Assembly: GCA_016782645.1 (NCBI GenBank)
Contig: JADHYC010000001.1
Location: forward strand, 16,579 to 80,578
Direction of reading: 5' to 3'
Source: Fidelibacterota bacterium
Lineage (GTDB): Bacteria; Fidelibacterota; UBA2242
Length of the DNA: 64,000 nt
In this document: one piece after another, positions 62,994 through 64,000 of the stretch
Layout of the letters: every line of letters begins with the position of its first letter
Numbering within the stretch: position 1 is the stretch's first letter
Notes under the pieces: generated by a model
Told to the model about the DNA's origin: nothing
The model's input: only the letters and a program-made list of their open reading frames with translations
Database searches by the model: none
Made by a program: the position numbers and the translations under genes

Positions 62994-64000
62994 ATGATAA
63001 GATATATAGTTCCAATTAGCAATTGTAAATACTACATTAGGCATATTGAATTTGTAAGTTCCTTATTAGGGTTAATTAGATATAAGACCTTTATCATATA
63101 TATAATTCTATTAATCGTATCTTCACAGGCAGGTTTTGCACAGAACTATATTAACCCACAGGCAATGGCTTTGGGTGATGCTTATTCCTCTGTTGCGAGA
63201 GGATATTTTAGTGTAGGATATAATCCCGCCAACCTTGCTTTTCCTTCAAAATATAAAACATATATTAATTTAGCAGGTCTTAATTATATTGTTACTAACA
63301 ATTTTGTTTCTTTAAAAACAAATGCAAAGTATGGTGGTAAGGATATAACAGCAAATGGGGAAAAGCTACAGAAAGAGTTAATTAGTGAGATACCTAATAA
63401 AGGTTGGCGTTATAATTCAGGGGTCAATATACCCTTACCATTGTTGAATTTTTCGACAGGAAATAAAGCCTTTACAGCAAATTTTCTTTATATCACTGAT
63501 TACTACATTTCGAAACCGGCTCTTGAAATTCTATTTGGAGGTATGAAAAAAGATACAGAATACAATTTGGATTTGCGTTGTGATGCAATGACAGCAATTG
63601 AATACGCCTATTCAATGGGGATACCTTATAATAATATGGCTTTAGGTTTTTCGTTAAAATATATACAGGGACTTGGCTATTATGGTTTGGATCCTAAAAG
63701 AAGTTCTGGAACGGTGTCAGTTGATACGATATTAAGTGGTTCAGGAGATTATTTTTTTAGAGAGGCTTATGGTGGAAGAGGATTCGCTATTGATCTTGGC
63801 ATTGCATTTCAAGAATTGAATGGCTGGAACATGGGCATTAGTGTATCGAATTTTGCAGCTTTAATGAAGTGGAATTATAACACATTATTCTCAGATATTG
63901 TTGGTACCAGTATGCTAAAATTTATGGGTGGTAGACTTAAAAGTGGAAACCCTGATATAGACCTTGATTTTGAAGGAGAATCGTATAACTATTCTTTTTT
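62994..64000 (+). CDS. 5' part of a FadL/TodX-family outer-membrane beta-barrel (possibly the T9SS-associated PorV/LptO type); CDS runs off the window end
   Basis: Signal peptide ...IIYIILLIVSSQAGFAQ followed by the FadL-family N-terminal signature NYINPQAMALGDAYSSVARGYFSVGYNPANLAF. The frame is open to nt 64000. The start codon is uncertain (ATG 62994, or a near-cognate start closer to the signal peptide). Confidence 0.45.
   Translation, partial: MIRYIVPISNCKYYIRHIEFVSSLLGLIRYKTFIIYIILLIVSSQAGFAQNYINPQAMALGDAYSSVARGYFSVGYNPANLAFPSKYKTYINLAGLNYIVTNNFVSLKTNAKYGGKDITANGEKLQKELISEIPNKGWRYNSGVNIPLPLLNFSTGNKAFTANFLYITDYYISKPALEILFGGMKKDTEYNLDLRCDAMTAIEYAYSMGIPYNNMALGFSLKYIQGLGYYGLDPKRSSGTVSVDTILSGSGDYFFREAYGGRGFAIDLGIAFQELNGWNMGISVSNFAALMKWNYNTLFSDIVGTSMLKFMGGRLKSGNPDIDLDFEGESYNYSF

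Overview
This is a 64 kb, AT-rich stretch of bacterial chromosome (roughly one-third G+C by eye), densely coded and mostly on the + strand, with one minus-strand block at 12.3-17.3 kb. The gene content points to an uncultured Fibrobacteres-Chlorobi-Bacteroidetes (FCB) group bacterium with a type IX secretion system (T9SS). Three giant proteins end in the canonical T9SS C-terminal sorting domain (...NYPNPFNP...KKMVLLR/K), and the window ends in a FadL/PorV-like outer-membrane protein N-terminus. HprK and HPF are present, which argues against classical Bacteroidia; I could not assign the taxon more precisely.

Housekeeping genes are pgeF, cvpA, mutS2, dnaG, htrA/degP, mtnP, ileS with a TraR/DksA zinc-finger gene, rluD-like, xerC/D, hpf, hprK, a sugar nucleotidyltransferase, metK and ahcY.

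The accessory content is:
- A secreted-peptidase island at 24.3-47.6 kb. It holds two paralogous M14 zinc carboxypeptidases, a 1211-aa T9SS cargo protein, an 1817-aa C25 gingipain-like cysteine protease and a 2742-aa multidomain giant protein.
- A signalling block with a CHASE2 adenylate cyclase, a transglutaminase-like protein and an SH3b-M48 peptidase on the minus strand, plus PAS histidine kinase / PAS / receiver genes on the + strand.
- A 2Fe-2S/4Fe-4S flavoprotein dehydrogenase pair (SoxA/SoxB-like).
- Gene remnants: a frameshifted PilZ, a receiver/HD-GYP deletion remnant, and a decayed HepT/MNT toxin-antitoxin pair.
- Several GC-rich, hairpin-rich non-coding stretches.

Most notable finding: all four peptidase-island proteins carry type-I dockerin repeats. 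The two T9SS-anchored giants additionally carry a cohesin-like module between the dockerin and the T9SS sorting domain. This suggests a cellulosome-like, T9SS-anchored surface proteolytic assembly that, to my knowledge, has not been described.

No rRNA or tRNA genes and no bona fide CRISPR array were recognised.
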